Shown here in pieces: positions 1 to 8,001 of a stretch of 41,393 nt of DNA. Under the pieces are notes generated by a model. The model did no database searches. It was not told the DNA's origin and was given only the letters and a program-made list of their open reading frames with translations. This stretch comes from a virus. Position 1 is the first letter of the stretch. Every line of letters begins with the position of its first letter. The translations under genes were made by a program, and so were the position numbers. The DNA lies in IMG/VR virus record IMGVR_UViG_3300045988_064381, positions 1 through 41,393 of that record, one strand, 5' to 3'.

Positions 1-55
1 GATGGCAAGGCTCATGTAGGTGGTGAGGCTCATATAGATGGCAAGGCTCATGTAG
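1..55. repeat. Terminal direct repeat, identical to 41339..41393
   Basis: A base-by-base comparison of gatggcaaggctcatgtaggtggtgaggctcatatagatggcaaggctcatgtag at both ends shows 55/55 identity. Confidence 0.95.
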
Positions 56-477
56 GTGGTGGGGCTCGTGTGAGTGACAGGGCTCGTGTAGGTGGTGGGG
101 CTTATGTCGGAGGATTCGCTTATGTAGGTGGTGAGGCTCGTGTGGGTGACAGGGCTTATGTAAGGGGCAACACTTGGGTAAGTGGCAAGGCTCATATAGA
201 TGGCAAGGCTCGTGTAAATGGCAACGCTTATATAGAGGGCGACGCTCGTATAAATGGTGAGGCTTGCTATACAACAATCAAGGGTTTTGGAACCGAATTT
301 AGAAATACAACCTTTTTCAGATGTAAAGACAATAAAATCAGGGTTCAATGTGGTTGCTTTTACGGAGATATTGACGAGTTCAGAGAGCAAGTCAAACGCA
401 CGAGAAACGGCAAAATCGCAAAAGAATATCTAATGATAGCTGACTTAATGGAATATCACTTTAGCGAGGAGAAATAA
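1..477 (+). CDS. C-terminal part of a hexapeptide (beta-helix-like) repeat protein; continues from 41063..41393 across the contig junction
   Basis: Frame 1 is open from nt 1. It carries 6-residue repeats G-x-A-x-[VI]-x (GKAHVGGEAHIDGKAHVGGGARV...), then a non-repeat tail (FRCKDNKIRVQCGCFYGDIDEF). Removing the 55-nt overlap joins both parts in frame (276 + 477 nt). Confidence 0.7.
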   Translation, partial: DGKAHVGGEAHIDGKAHVGGGARVSDRARVGGGAYVGGFAYVGGEARVGDRAYVRGNTWVSGKAHIDGKARVNGNAYIEGDARINGEACYTTIKGFGTEFRNTTFFRCKDNKIRVQCGCFYGDIDEFREQVKRTRNGKIAKEYLMIADLMEYHFSEEK

Positions 478-888
478 ATGTTTAACAGACAAATTGGTAA
501 CAAATTCGAGGAAGAATTTGCTAAAAAGTTATACGACCATGGATATTGGGTGCACCGAATCACTCAAAATGCGTCGGGTCAGCCTGCTGACATAATCGCC
601 ATCAAGGGGTATAGTGTCAGCCTCATAGATTGCAAGGTTTGTACAAAAGATTATCTCGACTTGTCGAGAATAGAGGAAAACCAAATGTTAGCTATGACAT
701 TGTTTGACGAGAGGGCGAAAAGACCAAGTGTTAGTTGGTTCGCGATCAAACTCAAATCCGGGGACATATATATGTTCACATGGTTGATGATACAGATGAC
801 ATTAGAGGCAGGTAAAACTAGATTACCCGCTAATGATATCAGAGATTATGGAATGTCACTTAGCGAATGGTTGAGGCTAGACCGATAA
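478..888 (+). CDS. PD-(D/E)XK nuclease, Hjc-like Holliday junction resolvase candidate
   Basis: The ATG overlaps the upstream stop (TAAATG). Motif layout is FEEEF ... GQPADIIA ... LIDCKV, which resembles the E / D / (D/E)xK arrangement of archaeal-type resolvases. Confidence 0.55.
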   Translation: MFNRQIGNKFEEEFAKKLYDHGYWVHRITQNASGQPADIIAIKGYSVSLIDCKVCTKDYLDLSRIEENQMLAMTLFDERAKRPSVSWFAIKLKSGDIYMFTWLMIQMTLEAGKTRLPANDIRDYGMSLSEWLRLDR

Positions 889-2285
889 TGTCACATTTCA
901 AATTTTCAAACGTAATTGAGGTCGATAACCCATCAGTTGAATTGTGTAAGTGGTGCGATAAAAATCTAACTTTTGCAAATCCCGAGTACGCTAAAATGTC
1001 ACGGATGAATTTACCGACAAACGGAATCCCCAAAGCCATTAACTTGTTTGAGACGAGAGGTAGGACACTGATTTTACCTTATGGTGTTCTAAGTCTAATG
1101 CCACCTAGATTGTACATTAACAGTACGAGTGAGGAAATGTTCAAAGATATTCCCAAAATCGCTTATACGAGCGAAATATCGCTCAGAGAGTATCAGTTAA
1201 AAGCAGTACAAGGCATGATTCTAGCAGAGGGTGGAATTTTACAAGCCCCCGCTGGCTCAGGTAAAACTCGATGTGGGATAGCACTATTTATGAAGTTGAA
1301 AGCTAGAACGCTATGGTTATGTCACACCAAGGACTTAATTAGGCAAGCTAAAGAAGTTGCGAGTGAGTTCATAACCCCATCACTAATTGGAACAATCGTA
1401 GAGGGCAAAGTTAATATCGGTGAGGGTGTGACATTTGCAACAGTTCAGACGATGTGCCAACTTGACCTATCACTATATAAGGACTATTGGGAATGTGTGA
1501 TTGTGGATGAGGCTCACAGAATAAGTGGCTCACCCACGGTGCTTACTCAATATCGTAAAGTGCTCAACAACCTATCAGCTAGATATAAGTATGGTCTATC
1601 AGCTACAGTGCACAGAGCCGATGGTATGGAAAAGTGCATGTTCTCGCTAATAGGAGATGTGGCATATAAAGTGTCGGATGAATCCGTAGCAGAAAACATA
1701 ATGACGATAGGAATCGCAACGATATACACCGGGACGAGAATATCACATCGAGCTCAAAATACAGACGGTACGATTAACTACACTAGGTTAATCAGTAGCC
1801 TTGCAGATGATGTAAATCGCAACAACATCATTAGAGATACACTGATAATAAATAAAGACCACTCGAGCATTATTCTATCAGAAAGATTAACTCAGCTGGA
1901 CACCATAATGTCACAATTACCAAAAGAAATGCGAGATAAAGCAGTGCTAATTCATGGAAAAATGACAAGCAAAAAAGGTAAGGAAGAACGAGCAAGGGCA
2001 ATAGACGATATGCGAACAGGTAAGAAAAAATACCTATTTGCAACATATCAGTTAGCAAAAGAGGGGTTGGATATACCTTGCTTAGAAAGATTATACATGG
2101 CGTCACCTGTCAAAGATTATGCTGTAGTCACACAATCGATAGGTCGAATCGCAAGGGTGCATGAGGGAAAAGCCGACTCAATATGCTTTGACTTTGTTGA
2201 CACAATCAAGTGGTGTGAGAAAGCCTACAAAAGGCGATGTACCACTTATAGGAAAAATCGTTGTTATTTTATAAAGGAGAAATGA
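888..2285 (+). CDS. Superfamily 2 DEAD/DEAH-box DNA helicase
   Basis: Walker A APAGSGKT, DEAH box VIVDEAHR, motif III LSAT and motif VI QSIGRIAR are present. The TAATG coupled start at 888 is preferred over the in-frame ATG at 867, which has no RBS. Confidence 0.85.
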   Translation: MSHFKFSNVIEVDNPSVELCKWCDKNLTFANPEYAKMSRMNLPTNGIPKAINLFETRGRTLILPYGVLSLMPPRLYINSTSEEMFKDIPKIAYTSEISLREYQLKAVQGMILAEGGILQAPAGSGKTRCGIALFMKLKARTLWLCHTKDLIRQAKEVASEFITPSLIGTIVEGKVNIGEGVTFATVQTMCQLDLSLYKDYWECVIVDEAHRISGSPTVLTQYRKVLNNLSARYKYGLSATVHRADGMEKCMFSLIGDVAYKVSDESVAENIMTIGIATIYTGTRISHRAQNTDGTINYTRLISSLADDVNRNNIIRDTLIINKDHSSIILSERLTQLDTIMSQLPKEMRDKAVLIHGKMTSKKGKEERARAIDDMRTGKKKYLFATYQLAKEGLDIPCLERLYMASPVKDYAVVTQSIGRIARVHEGKADSICFDFVDTIKWCEKAYKRRCTTYRKNRCYFIKEK

Positions 2286-2473
2286 TGGAACAAAGAATAG
2301 TTAGGTCTTATCAAAACGGAATGATAGATAGTCATGAAAAAGTAAACATATTACTATCTGAGGGGTGGGTTGTCGCACATTCAACTGTAATACCACCATC
2401 AGGTGATTTAAGTGGATATATCGAATATGTGCTTGAAAGACACCCAATCCCTAGGGGCGTGGAAAATGATTAA
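2282..2473 (+). CDS. Small hypothetical protein
   Basis: A tandem ATG ATG follows AAGGAGA (2274-2280) and overlaps the helicase stop. It is 63 aa with no motif I recognise. Confidence 0.5.
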   Translation: MMEQRIVRSYQNGMIDSHEKVNILLSEGWVVAHSTVIPPSGDLSGYIEYVLERHPIPRGVEND

Positions 2474-3494
2474 GGTCAATGAATTATTTGCTGGAATCGG
2501 AGCATTTAAGTGTGCATTAGATAACCTCGACATTCCTCATGAAATTGTGGGGATATCTGAGATAGACAAGTACGCAATAGCGTCATATAACGCCATGTGG
2601 GGAGATACGAGAAACTATGGCGATATTTCAAAAATAGAGAAACTCGATTATGCCGATTTATGGACTTATGGATTCCCTTGTCAAGATATATCAACAGCGG
2701 GAAAAGGAGCCGGAATTGTAAAAGGCGAGACAAGAAGTGGGTTGCTGTATGAGGTTGAGAGATTGCTATTAGAAAGCCAAAAGGCTGATGAGTTACCTAA
2801 ATATCTCATTATGGAAAATGTCAAAAATCTTGTAGGAAAGAAATTTAGATCCGATTTTGAGAGATGGTTGGATGTTTTAGAAACGCTCGGTTACAAAAAT
2901 TATTGGCAAGTTATAAATGCGAAAGATTACGGAATACCTCAAAACAGAGAGAGAGTATTTTGTGTGAGCATATTAGGTGAGGGTGATTATCAATTTCCTG
3001 AAAAACAACCTCTCACATTGAAATTAAGTGACATGTTGGAATCGCACGTCGATGAGAAATATTACCTATCGAAAGAACAAGTTGACAAAATAAAAGCCTC
3101 GACTTTTCACACAAGACAAAGTCGAATACAGGAGAAAGACTGGTGTGACACATTATGTGCTAGGGACTATAAAGACCCTAAATGCGTTCAAGTCAGACCT
3201 CTAGGTACTATCTATGCTCATGCTAGCGATAGGTTTGGAAAAGGTTATATCGAGGGAATGTCCAAAACCATCAAAGCGATAAGCCACGATACATCAGTAG
3301 TGTTTAGTGATTCTAAAATCAGAAAACTCACACCGAAAGAGTGTTGGCGACTAATGGGGTTTGATGATGTGTTATTTAACAGAGCCGAGAAAGTTTGTAG
3401 TAATTCTCAGCTATATAAACAAGCTGGAAATTCAATAGTAGTTGATGTAGTTGAGCAGATACTAGATAACTTAATACCAAAGGAAATGAGGTGA
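2466..3494 (+). CDS. DNA (cytosine-5)-methyltransferase
   Basis: Motifs I FAGIGAF, IV GFPCQDIS, VI ENVKNL, VIII QNRERVF and X GNSIVV are all present. The start is taken at ATG 2466 (MIKVNELFAGIG) rather than the longer track ORF. Confidence 0.9.
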   Translation: MIKVNELFAGIGAFKCALDNLDIPHEIVGISEIDKYAIASYNAMWGDTRNYGDISKIEKLDYADLWTYGFPCQDISTAGKGAGIVKGETRSGLLYEVERLLLESQKADELPKYLIMENVKNLVGKKFRSDFERWLDVLETLGYKNYWQVINAKDYGIPQNRERVFCVSILGEGDYQFPEKQPLTLKLSDMLESHVDEKYYLSKEQVDKIKASTFHTRQSRIQEKDWCDTLCARDYKDPKCVQVRPLGTIYAHASDRFGKGYIEGMSKTIKAISHDTSVVFSDSKIRKLTPKECWRLMGFDDVLFNRAEKVCSNSQLYKQAGNSIVVDVVEQILDNLIPKEMR

Positions 3495-3620
3495 TATAAA
3501 CGTGGTGGGTGTATCTACTCACAACCAATTATTGTAAATTTCTACATTTTATCAAAACGACGCCGTGAGTAGGTACTTGGTTGAGGAGATTTATTACTAA
3601 CTAGAGAGGAGTGATGTTAA

Positions 3621-6137
3621 ATCAATTTTTACACTTATGACTTTGAGGTTTTTAAATATGATTGGATTGTTGTATTTAAAGACCACGAATCGGGTCGATA
3701 CACTGTTTTCCATAACGATAATGAGGGTTTTGCCGAGTTCATATCCGACACTGAGATTTACATCGGATTTAACTCAAAGCACTATGACCAATATATTGCA
3801 AAAGGTGTTGTCAGTGGATTCTCGCCCGAGGAATTAAAAGCCTTAAATGACTACCTAATTGAGGGATTCCAAGGTTGGCAATACCCACCATTGAATGACA
3901 GTTATTTTCGCCTAAACAACGTTGATATTCGTGACGATATGTACAAAGAGCTATCATTAAAAGCCATCGAGGGTCATCTAGGTATGGACATTGTGGAATC
4001 AAGTGTCGATTTTACCATAGATAGACCACTAACACAAGCTGAGATAGAAGAAGTTATTAAATACTGTAAGCACGATGTTGACGCAACAGAGAAGATTATA
4101 GAACTGAGAGAAGATTATATCATCACTAAAAAGAATCTCGGTCAGAGGGCGAATATACCTACACTAAAAGCTATATCTAGCACTAATGCCAAGCTAACAG
4201 CTCAAATGCTAGGTGCTAAGAGAAAGGAACGAAATGATGGTAGGGAGTATGTATTCCCGGAAAACCTAGACACATCAGTGATACCAAAAGAAATATTGGA
4301 TTTCTTTGAACAAATACACGATGATTCAATCCCTGATGACGAGCTTTTTAAAAAATCATTAGAGATTGAGGTCGCAGGTATGCCTTGCAAATTTGCATGG
4401 GGTGGTGTACACGGTAGTAAGCTGGGTTATTTCGAGCAACGACAAGGTACTAGAATCATCCAAAATCGAGATGTATCGAGCCTTTATCCGTCACTTATCG
4501 AGATATATAACTACATATCGAGAAACGTGGCTGACCCTCAAATATATTTTCAGATGAAGAGGGATAGGATCGAGGCGAAACATAATGGCGACACGCAGTT
4601 GGCGAAAGACTTGAAATTACCACTCAACACCTTATCGGGTGCACAGGAGAACGAATTTAATGACCTATATGATCCATTACCAACTAGGTCAATGAGAATC
4701 TCAGGTCAGCTATTTATCACAGTTCTACTGATGAGATTGGTAAATGAATGTAAAACCTTTATCCCACTCAATTTTAACACTGACGGATTGATGTACTCAA
4801 TCGATGAGAGCGAGTTACCAATCGTGGACAAAATATGTGCCGAGTGGGAAAAAGAAACAAAGTTTGAGCTGGAAACTGATGATATCCAAAAAGTGTGGAT
4901 AAAGGATGTAAATAATCTACTCTTTGTGGATATGTCAGGCAAAGTCAAAACTGTAGGTGCCTATCTAAACTATGGAATATCTGTAAAAGGACAATGGGCG
5001 ATTAACAATAGTGCTATCGCTGTTAAAAAAGCCATCATCGAATACATGGTAAATGGTACACCACCTGATGTGACAATCGCTGAAAACGACAACATTTTTG
5101 ATTATCAAATTATCGCCAAAGCTGGTTCAAAATTTGAGAGAGTATATCAGCTGGTCGATGGCGAGGAAGTGCCTATGCAAAAGGTGAATCGAGTGTATGC
5201 AACGGCAGACACTAGGCGAGGCAAATTATATAAGGTAAAGCGTGAAAATGGCTCTATCGCTAAGATAGAGAGCTTGCCTGATCACTGTATCGTTGACAAC
5301 AGTAATGAGCTGAGTATCAGCGATGTTGATAAAAGTTATTACATAGACCTAGCAAATCGTAAAATCGATGATTTTCGAGGGGTTAAGAGAACAAAGAAAG
5401 GAAAAACCAAAATGGCAACAAAGAAGAAAGATGAAATCGAAACAACAACACTCAATGTGTATCAGAAACTCAACAGAGCGAGAGCGATGTTTTTGGAAGA
5501 GAATATCAAAAAGACAGGCAAAAACATGCACCTAGCTTTTAAGTTCTTCGAGCTAGAGGACATTGTACCACCTGTTACACAGATTTTTAACACAGTCGGT
5601 CTTATCGGTATCGTGAGATTCTCAAACACAACAGCGACGATAACAATCACCAATACTGACGCACCTGATGACAAGATTGTATTCACATCACCATTTAAGG
5701 TGCTTGAACCTATCATCAGCAACACGGGTAAGCAGGCGACAAATGAAATGCAGTCTCTAGGTAGCTCAATTACCTATATGCGTAGATATCTATACATGAT
5801 TGCAATGGATATAGTCGAGAGTGATGACTTTGACGGAAGTGTCGGCTCGCCAAGTGATACATCTACAAAATCAGAATCACCTAAGAAAACTCGCCCAGCT
5901 ACAGTCGAGGAGCGTAAGGAGACAAAGAGTGAGCTAACGGCACCCGAGGATAATGCGACAGCACTACAGATTAAGGGATTGAAGAGAGTTCTAAAGGAAC
6001 TTAACACAAAGAACCCATCGGAAGAACCATACATCTCAAAAATCATCCTAGATTCTGAGAATTTTACAAATCTGACAAAGACCAAGTGCGAAGAATTGAC
6101 ACAGGAAGTCAGCAGTAAGCTAGAGAAACTAGGTTAA
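3621..6137 (+). CDS. Family B DNA polymerase (3'-5' exonuclease plus polymerase) continuing without a stop into an ERF-like domain; start codon unresolved
   Basis: My translation of the frame upstream of the track ORF is open back to 3621. It contains ExoI YDFEVF and ExoII GFNSKHYD. ExoIII YCKHDVDA, motif A DVSSLYPS, motif B KLPLNTLSG and motif C NFNTDG follow. The frame has no ATG, GTG or TTG between 3621 and 3891. Confidence 0.8.
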   Translation: MNFYTYDFEVFKYDWIVVFKDHESGRYTVFHNDNEGFAEFISDTEIYIGFNSKHYDQYIAKGVVSGFSPEELKALNDYLIEGFQGWQYPPLNDSYFRLNNVDIRDDMYKELSLKAIEGHLGMDIVESSVDFTIDRPLTQAEIEEVIKYCKHDVDATEKIIELREDYIITKKNLGQRANIPTLKAISSTNAKLTAQMLGAKRKERNDGREYVFPENLDTSVIPKEILDFFEQIHDDSIPDDELFKKSLEIEVAGMPCKFAWGGVHGSKLGYFEQRQGTRIIQNRDVSSLYPSLIEIYNYISRNVADPQIYFQMKRDRIEAKHNGDTQLAKDLKLPLNTLSGAQENEFNDLYDPLPTRSMRISGQLFITVLLMRLVNECKTFIPLNFNTDGLMYSIDESELPIVDKICAEWEKETKFELETDDIQKVWIKDVNNLLFVDMSGKVKTVGAYLNYGISVKGQWAINNSAIAVKKAIIEYMVNGTPPDVTIAENDNIFDYQIIAKAGSKFERVYQLVDGEEVPMQKVNRVYATADTRRGKLYKVKRENGSIAKIESLPDHCIVDNSNELSISDVDKSYYIDLANRKIDDFRGVKRTKKGKTKMATKKKDEIETTTLNVYQKLNRARAMFLEENIKKTGKNMHLAFKFFELEDIVPPVTQIFNTVGLIGIVRFSNTTATITITNTDAPDDKIVFTSPFKVLEPIISNTGKQATNEMQSLGSSITYMRRYLYMIAMDIVESDDFDGSVGSPSDTSTKSESPKKTRPATVEERKETKSELTAPEDNATALQIKGLKRVLKELNTKNPSEEPYISKIILDSENFTNLTKTKCEELTQEVSSKLEKLG
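5412..6137 (+). CDS. erf: ERF-family single-strand annealing protein, nested in frame in the 3' part of the polymerase ORF
   Basis: An internal ATG lies 9 nt after AGAAAGGA (5395-5402). Typical ERF features are the N-terminus LNVYQKLNRARAMF and the signature GSSITYMRRYLYMIAMDI. The C-terminal tail is acidic and Ser-rich. Confidence 0.65.
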   Translation: MATKKKDEIETTTLNVYQKLNRARAMFLEENIKKTGKNMHLAFKFFELEDIVPPVTQIFNTVGLIGIVRFSNTTATITITNTDAPDDKIVFTSPFKVLEPIISNTGKQATNEMQSLGSSITYMRRYLYMIAMDIVESDDFDGSVGSPSDTSTKSESPKKTRPATVEERKETKSELTAPEDNATALQIKGLKRVLKELNTKNPSEEPYISKIILDSENFTNLTKTKCEELTQEVSSKLEKLG

Positions 6138-6140
6138 GTC

Positions 6141-6446
6141 ATGGCTATTCCTAGAGCTAAAAAGCCTAAGACAAAGAAATATGAATCGTGGCAAGTCGAT
6201 TCAGCAATAGAACTCACCACCCAAACAAGTTTTGCGATTATGGTGAGAACAGCACAAATGGTATTTGATTTTGATAGCGATAAACTAGCCGAGTTTTGCG
6301 AATCGTATTCAGCTTTATTACAGGAAGTTGTAGATGGTCGAGTGTCAGCTCAACAATTCATATCGGACACTAACGAAATGTGTGGTGTCGATGTTGCTAA
6401 AATCATTAGAGACTTAAATGTGCTAGATAGAAAGGAGAATAAATGA
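6141..6446 (+). CDS. Hypothetical protein
   Basis: A 101-aa ORF is tightly packed between the ERF and the exonuclease and overlaps the next start. Confidence 0.55.
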   Translation: MAIPRAKKPKTKKYESWQVDSAIELTTQTSFAIMVRTAQMVFDFDSDKLAEFCESYSALLQEVVDGRVSAQQFISDTNEMCGVDVAKIIRDLNVLDRKENK

Positions 6447-7483
6447 AAGAAATTAGATGGGTCGATAATCATATAGAGATTGACCCCCCAAAGAGAACAA
6501 AGAAGATCACAGGAACTAGGTTCGCAACAATTTTAGGTAAAAATGTATGGGCGACACCTTTTCAGATGTGGTGTGCGATCACCAAAACTTATGAAGAACC
6601 TTTTGAGGGTACTATCTACACCGAGGCAGGTAAGACAATCGAACCTAAGCAGGCTGAATACATGCGTAAGGCATATGGTGTAAAAATCGTGACACCCGAG
6701 GATGTGTATGGAAAAGATTATTTTAGCAAAACTTGGGGTGACTTTTTCCCTAAGAACAAGCACCTCGGTGGTATGTGGGACTATCTAGGGCTAGATGAAG
6801 ATGGTGAGATAGATACCGTCTTTGAAATGAAAACCACAAAGCGAGTTGAGGATTGGAAAGACGACGTACCTGAATACTATTCATTGCAAGCGTCTTTGTA
6901 CGGATATTTGCTGGGGGTTGATGATATCGTAATGGTTGCGTCATTCCTAGAAGATAGTGACTATGAGCACCCCGAGAAGTTTAACCCAACTGTAAATAAC
7001 ACAATCACGGTTGAGTTTAAGATTTCAGAGAAATACCCGAACTTTGCTGAGATGGTGGCTGAGGCTGAGGCTTGGTGGAAGAACCATGTTGACACTGGCA
7101 TATCCCCGGATTTTGATGAAAAGGCTGACGCAGATTTCCTAAAGGCATTGAGGACAAATAGTCTATCACCTGACACAGATATCGACAGCTTAATCGCTGA
7201 GGGAGAATCGCTAAAATCTGAGATAGATGAGGTCACAAAGTCGATTGCAGATAAGGAAAAGCGATTAAAGAAAATCAATGATATCATCAAAAAACATGCT
7301 ACAGAGCAGTTTAGGGATGGTGATAAAAAGGTCGAAATTAAGGGAGCTACGTTCATCTGGACACTAACTAAGACAGAAAGCCAAAAGACCGTGTATGATG
7401 ATGACTTACTCAAATCTGATGGAGTATTTGACAAATACGCAAAAGTCGAACCTAGTGTGTCATATAGACTCGCAGTTAAGTAA
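6443..7483 (+). CDS. YqaJ-like (lambda Exo-type) recombination exonuclease with a coiled-coil C-terminal extension
   Basis: The N-terminus ITGTRFATILGKNVWATPFQMW is YqaJ-like and VFEMKTTK is an ExK-type nuclease motif. It sits next to the ERF annealase. Confidence 0.7.
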   Translation: MKEIRWVDNHIEIDPPKRTKKITGTRFATILGKNVWATPFQMWCAITKTYEEPFEGTIYTEAGKTIEPKQAEYMRKAYGVKIVTPEDVYGKDYFSKTWGDFFPKNKHLGGMWDYLGLDEDGEIDTVFEMKTTKRVEDWKDDVPEYYSLQASLYGYLLGVDDIVMVASFLEDSDYEHPEKFNPTVNNTITVEFKISEKYPNFAEMVAEAEAWWKNHVDTGISPDFDEKADADFLKALRTNSLSPDTDIDSLIAEGESLKSEIDEVTKSIADKEKRLKKINDIIKKHATEQFRDGDKKVEIKGATFIWTLTKTESQKTVYDDDLLKSDGVFDKYAKVEPSVSYRLAVK

Positions 7484-7495
7484 AAGGAGTGAAAA

Positions 7496-7702
7496 ATGGA
7501 AAAAATGAATGGAAACACAATAACAATTAGTGAGGAGAAAATGTACATGATAAATGAAATAGCATATTCTCAACTGATGTTACTAAATATGAAACATGGA
7601 AATAACCATACTTTGAATAGGGTATTCAAGGACAATTATGACTATGGCAAAGTATTAATTGACATGTTCGTCGAATCTTCAAAAAGTGAAAGTGAGGAAT
7701 AG
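7496..7702 (+). CDS. Hypothetical small protein (paralog A)
   Basis: A 68-aa ORF preceded by AAGGAG; it shares an ITISEE..N(E)..Y...ML core with the next ORF. Confidence 0.5.
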   Translation: MEKMNGNTITISEEKMYMINEIAYSQLMLLNMKHGNNHTLNRVFKDNYDYGKVLIDMFVESSKSESEE

Positions 7703-7703
7703 G

Positions 7704-7922
7704 ATGAAGAAATTAATAACCATCAGTGAAGAGGAATTGAATGATGTGAATGAACTCACATATCATGGAATAATGTTAAAAATGAGGATGTTAGGAATCG
7801 CTGATGAAAATCTTGATATCCTATTAGACCTAAACAAAGAGTATGGCGAGATATTGATAGACAACATCAAAGATGTTGCCAAAATGAGGAGTAGAGAAAA
7901 ATGTACATCAACCCGTTCGTAG
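7704..7922 (+). CDS. Hypothetical small protein (paralog B)
   Basis: ATG 7704 follows GAGGAATAGG. MKKLITISEEELNDVNELTYHGIMLKM parallels the upstream NTITISEEKMYMINEIAYSQLMLLNM. Confidence 0.5.
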   Translation: MKKLITISEEELNDVNELTYHGIMLKMRMLGIADENLDILLDLNKEYGEILIDNIKDVAKMRSREKCTSTRS

Positions 7923-7990
7923 CTGGAGTAATCACGACAATTTTTGTCGAATTTACAATCGTAATCGGAATAGCAATTTTTAAGAAGTAA
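7901..7990 (+). CDS. Possible 29-aa single-pass membrane peptide
   Basis: AGGAG (7887-7891) lies 9 nt upstream of the ATG. The product MYINPFVAGVITTIFVEFTIVIGIAIFKK is hydrophobic. It is absent from the ORF track because it is short. Confidence 0.3.
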   Translation: MYINPFVAGVITTIFVEFTIVIGIAIFKK

Positions 7991-8001
7991 AGGAGAATAA
8001 T

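Noticed and set aside
1-260. Regular 18/36-nt repeats at both window ends, considered as a possible CRISPR array or non-coding satellite.
   Set aside because: The repeats are contiguous with no spacers, lie in one open reading frame and encode a hexapeptide beta-helix.
2412-2465. Long N-terminal extensions proposed by the ORF track for several genes: 2412 methyltransferase, 867 helicase, 9140, 9592, 10025, 11690, 12875, 19077, 26269 and 27920.
   Set aside because: Internal ATGs with well-spaced AGGAG-like RBSs or stop-start overlaps give N-termini that fit the domain starts. The extensions overlap upstream genes.
3503-3536. Similarity between 3503-3536 and 8421-8456 (TGGGTGT ... CTCACA(A/C)CCAAT(T)ATT), both just after stop codons. 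Also a 12-bp inverted repeat at 3511-3522 / 3566-3577.
   Set aside because: There are only two copies with gapped matches, and no consistent structure is shared. This is too weak to call a regulatory motif without comparative data.
3637-3837. Track ORF of 66 aa upstream of the polymerase.
   Set aside because: A different frame over the same bases encodes the ExoI and ExoII motifs of the polymerase, so this ORF is spurious.
6961-7548. A 195-aa ORF on the minus strand overlapping the exonuclease gene. Similar long antisense ORFs occur at 27748-28257, 28456-28842, 29671-29997 and 30055-30597.
   Set aside because: They are Ser/Ile/Phe-rich, low-complexity shadows of strongly supported + strand genes. 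They have no RBS and lie inside a uniformly + strand operon.
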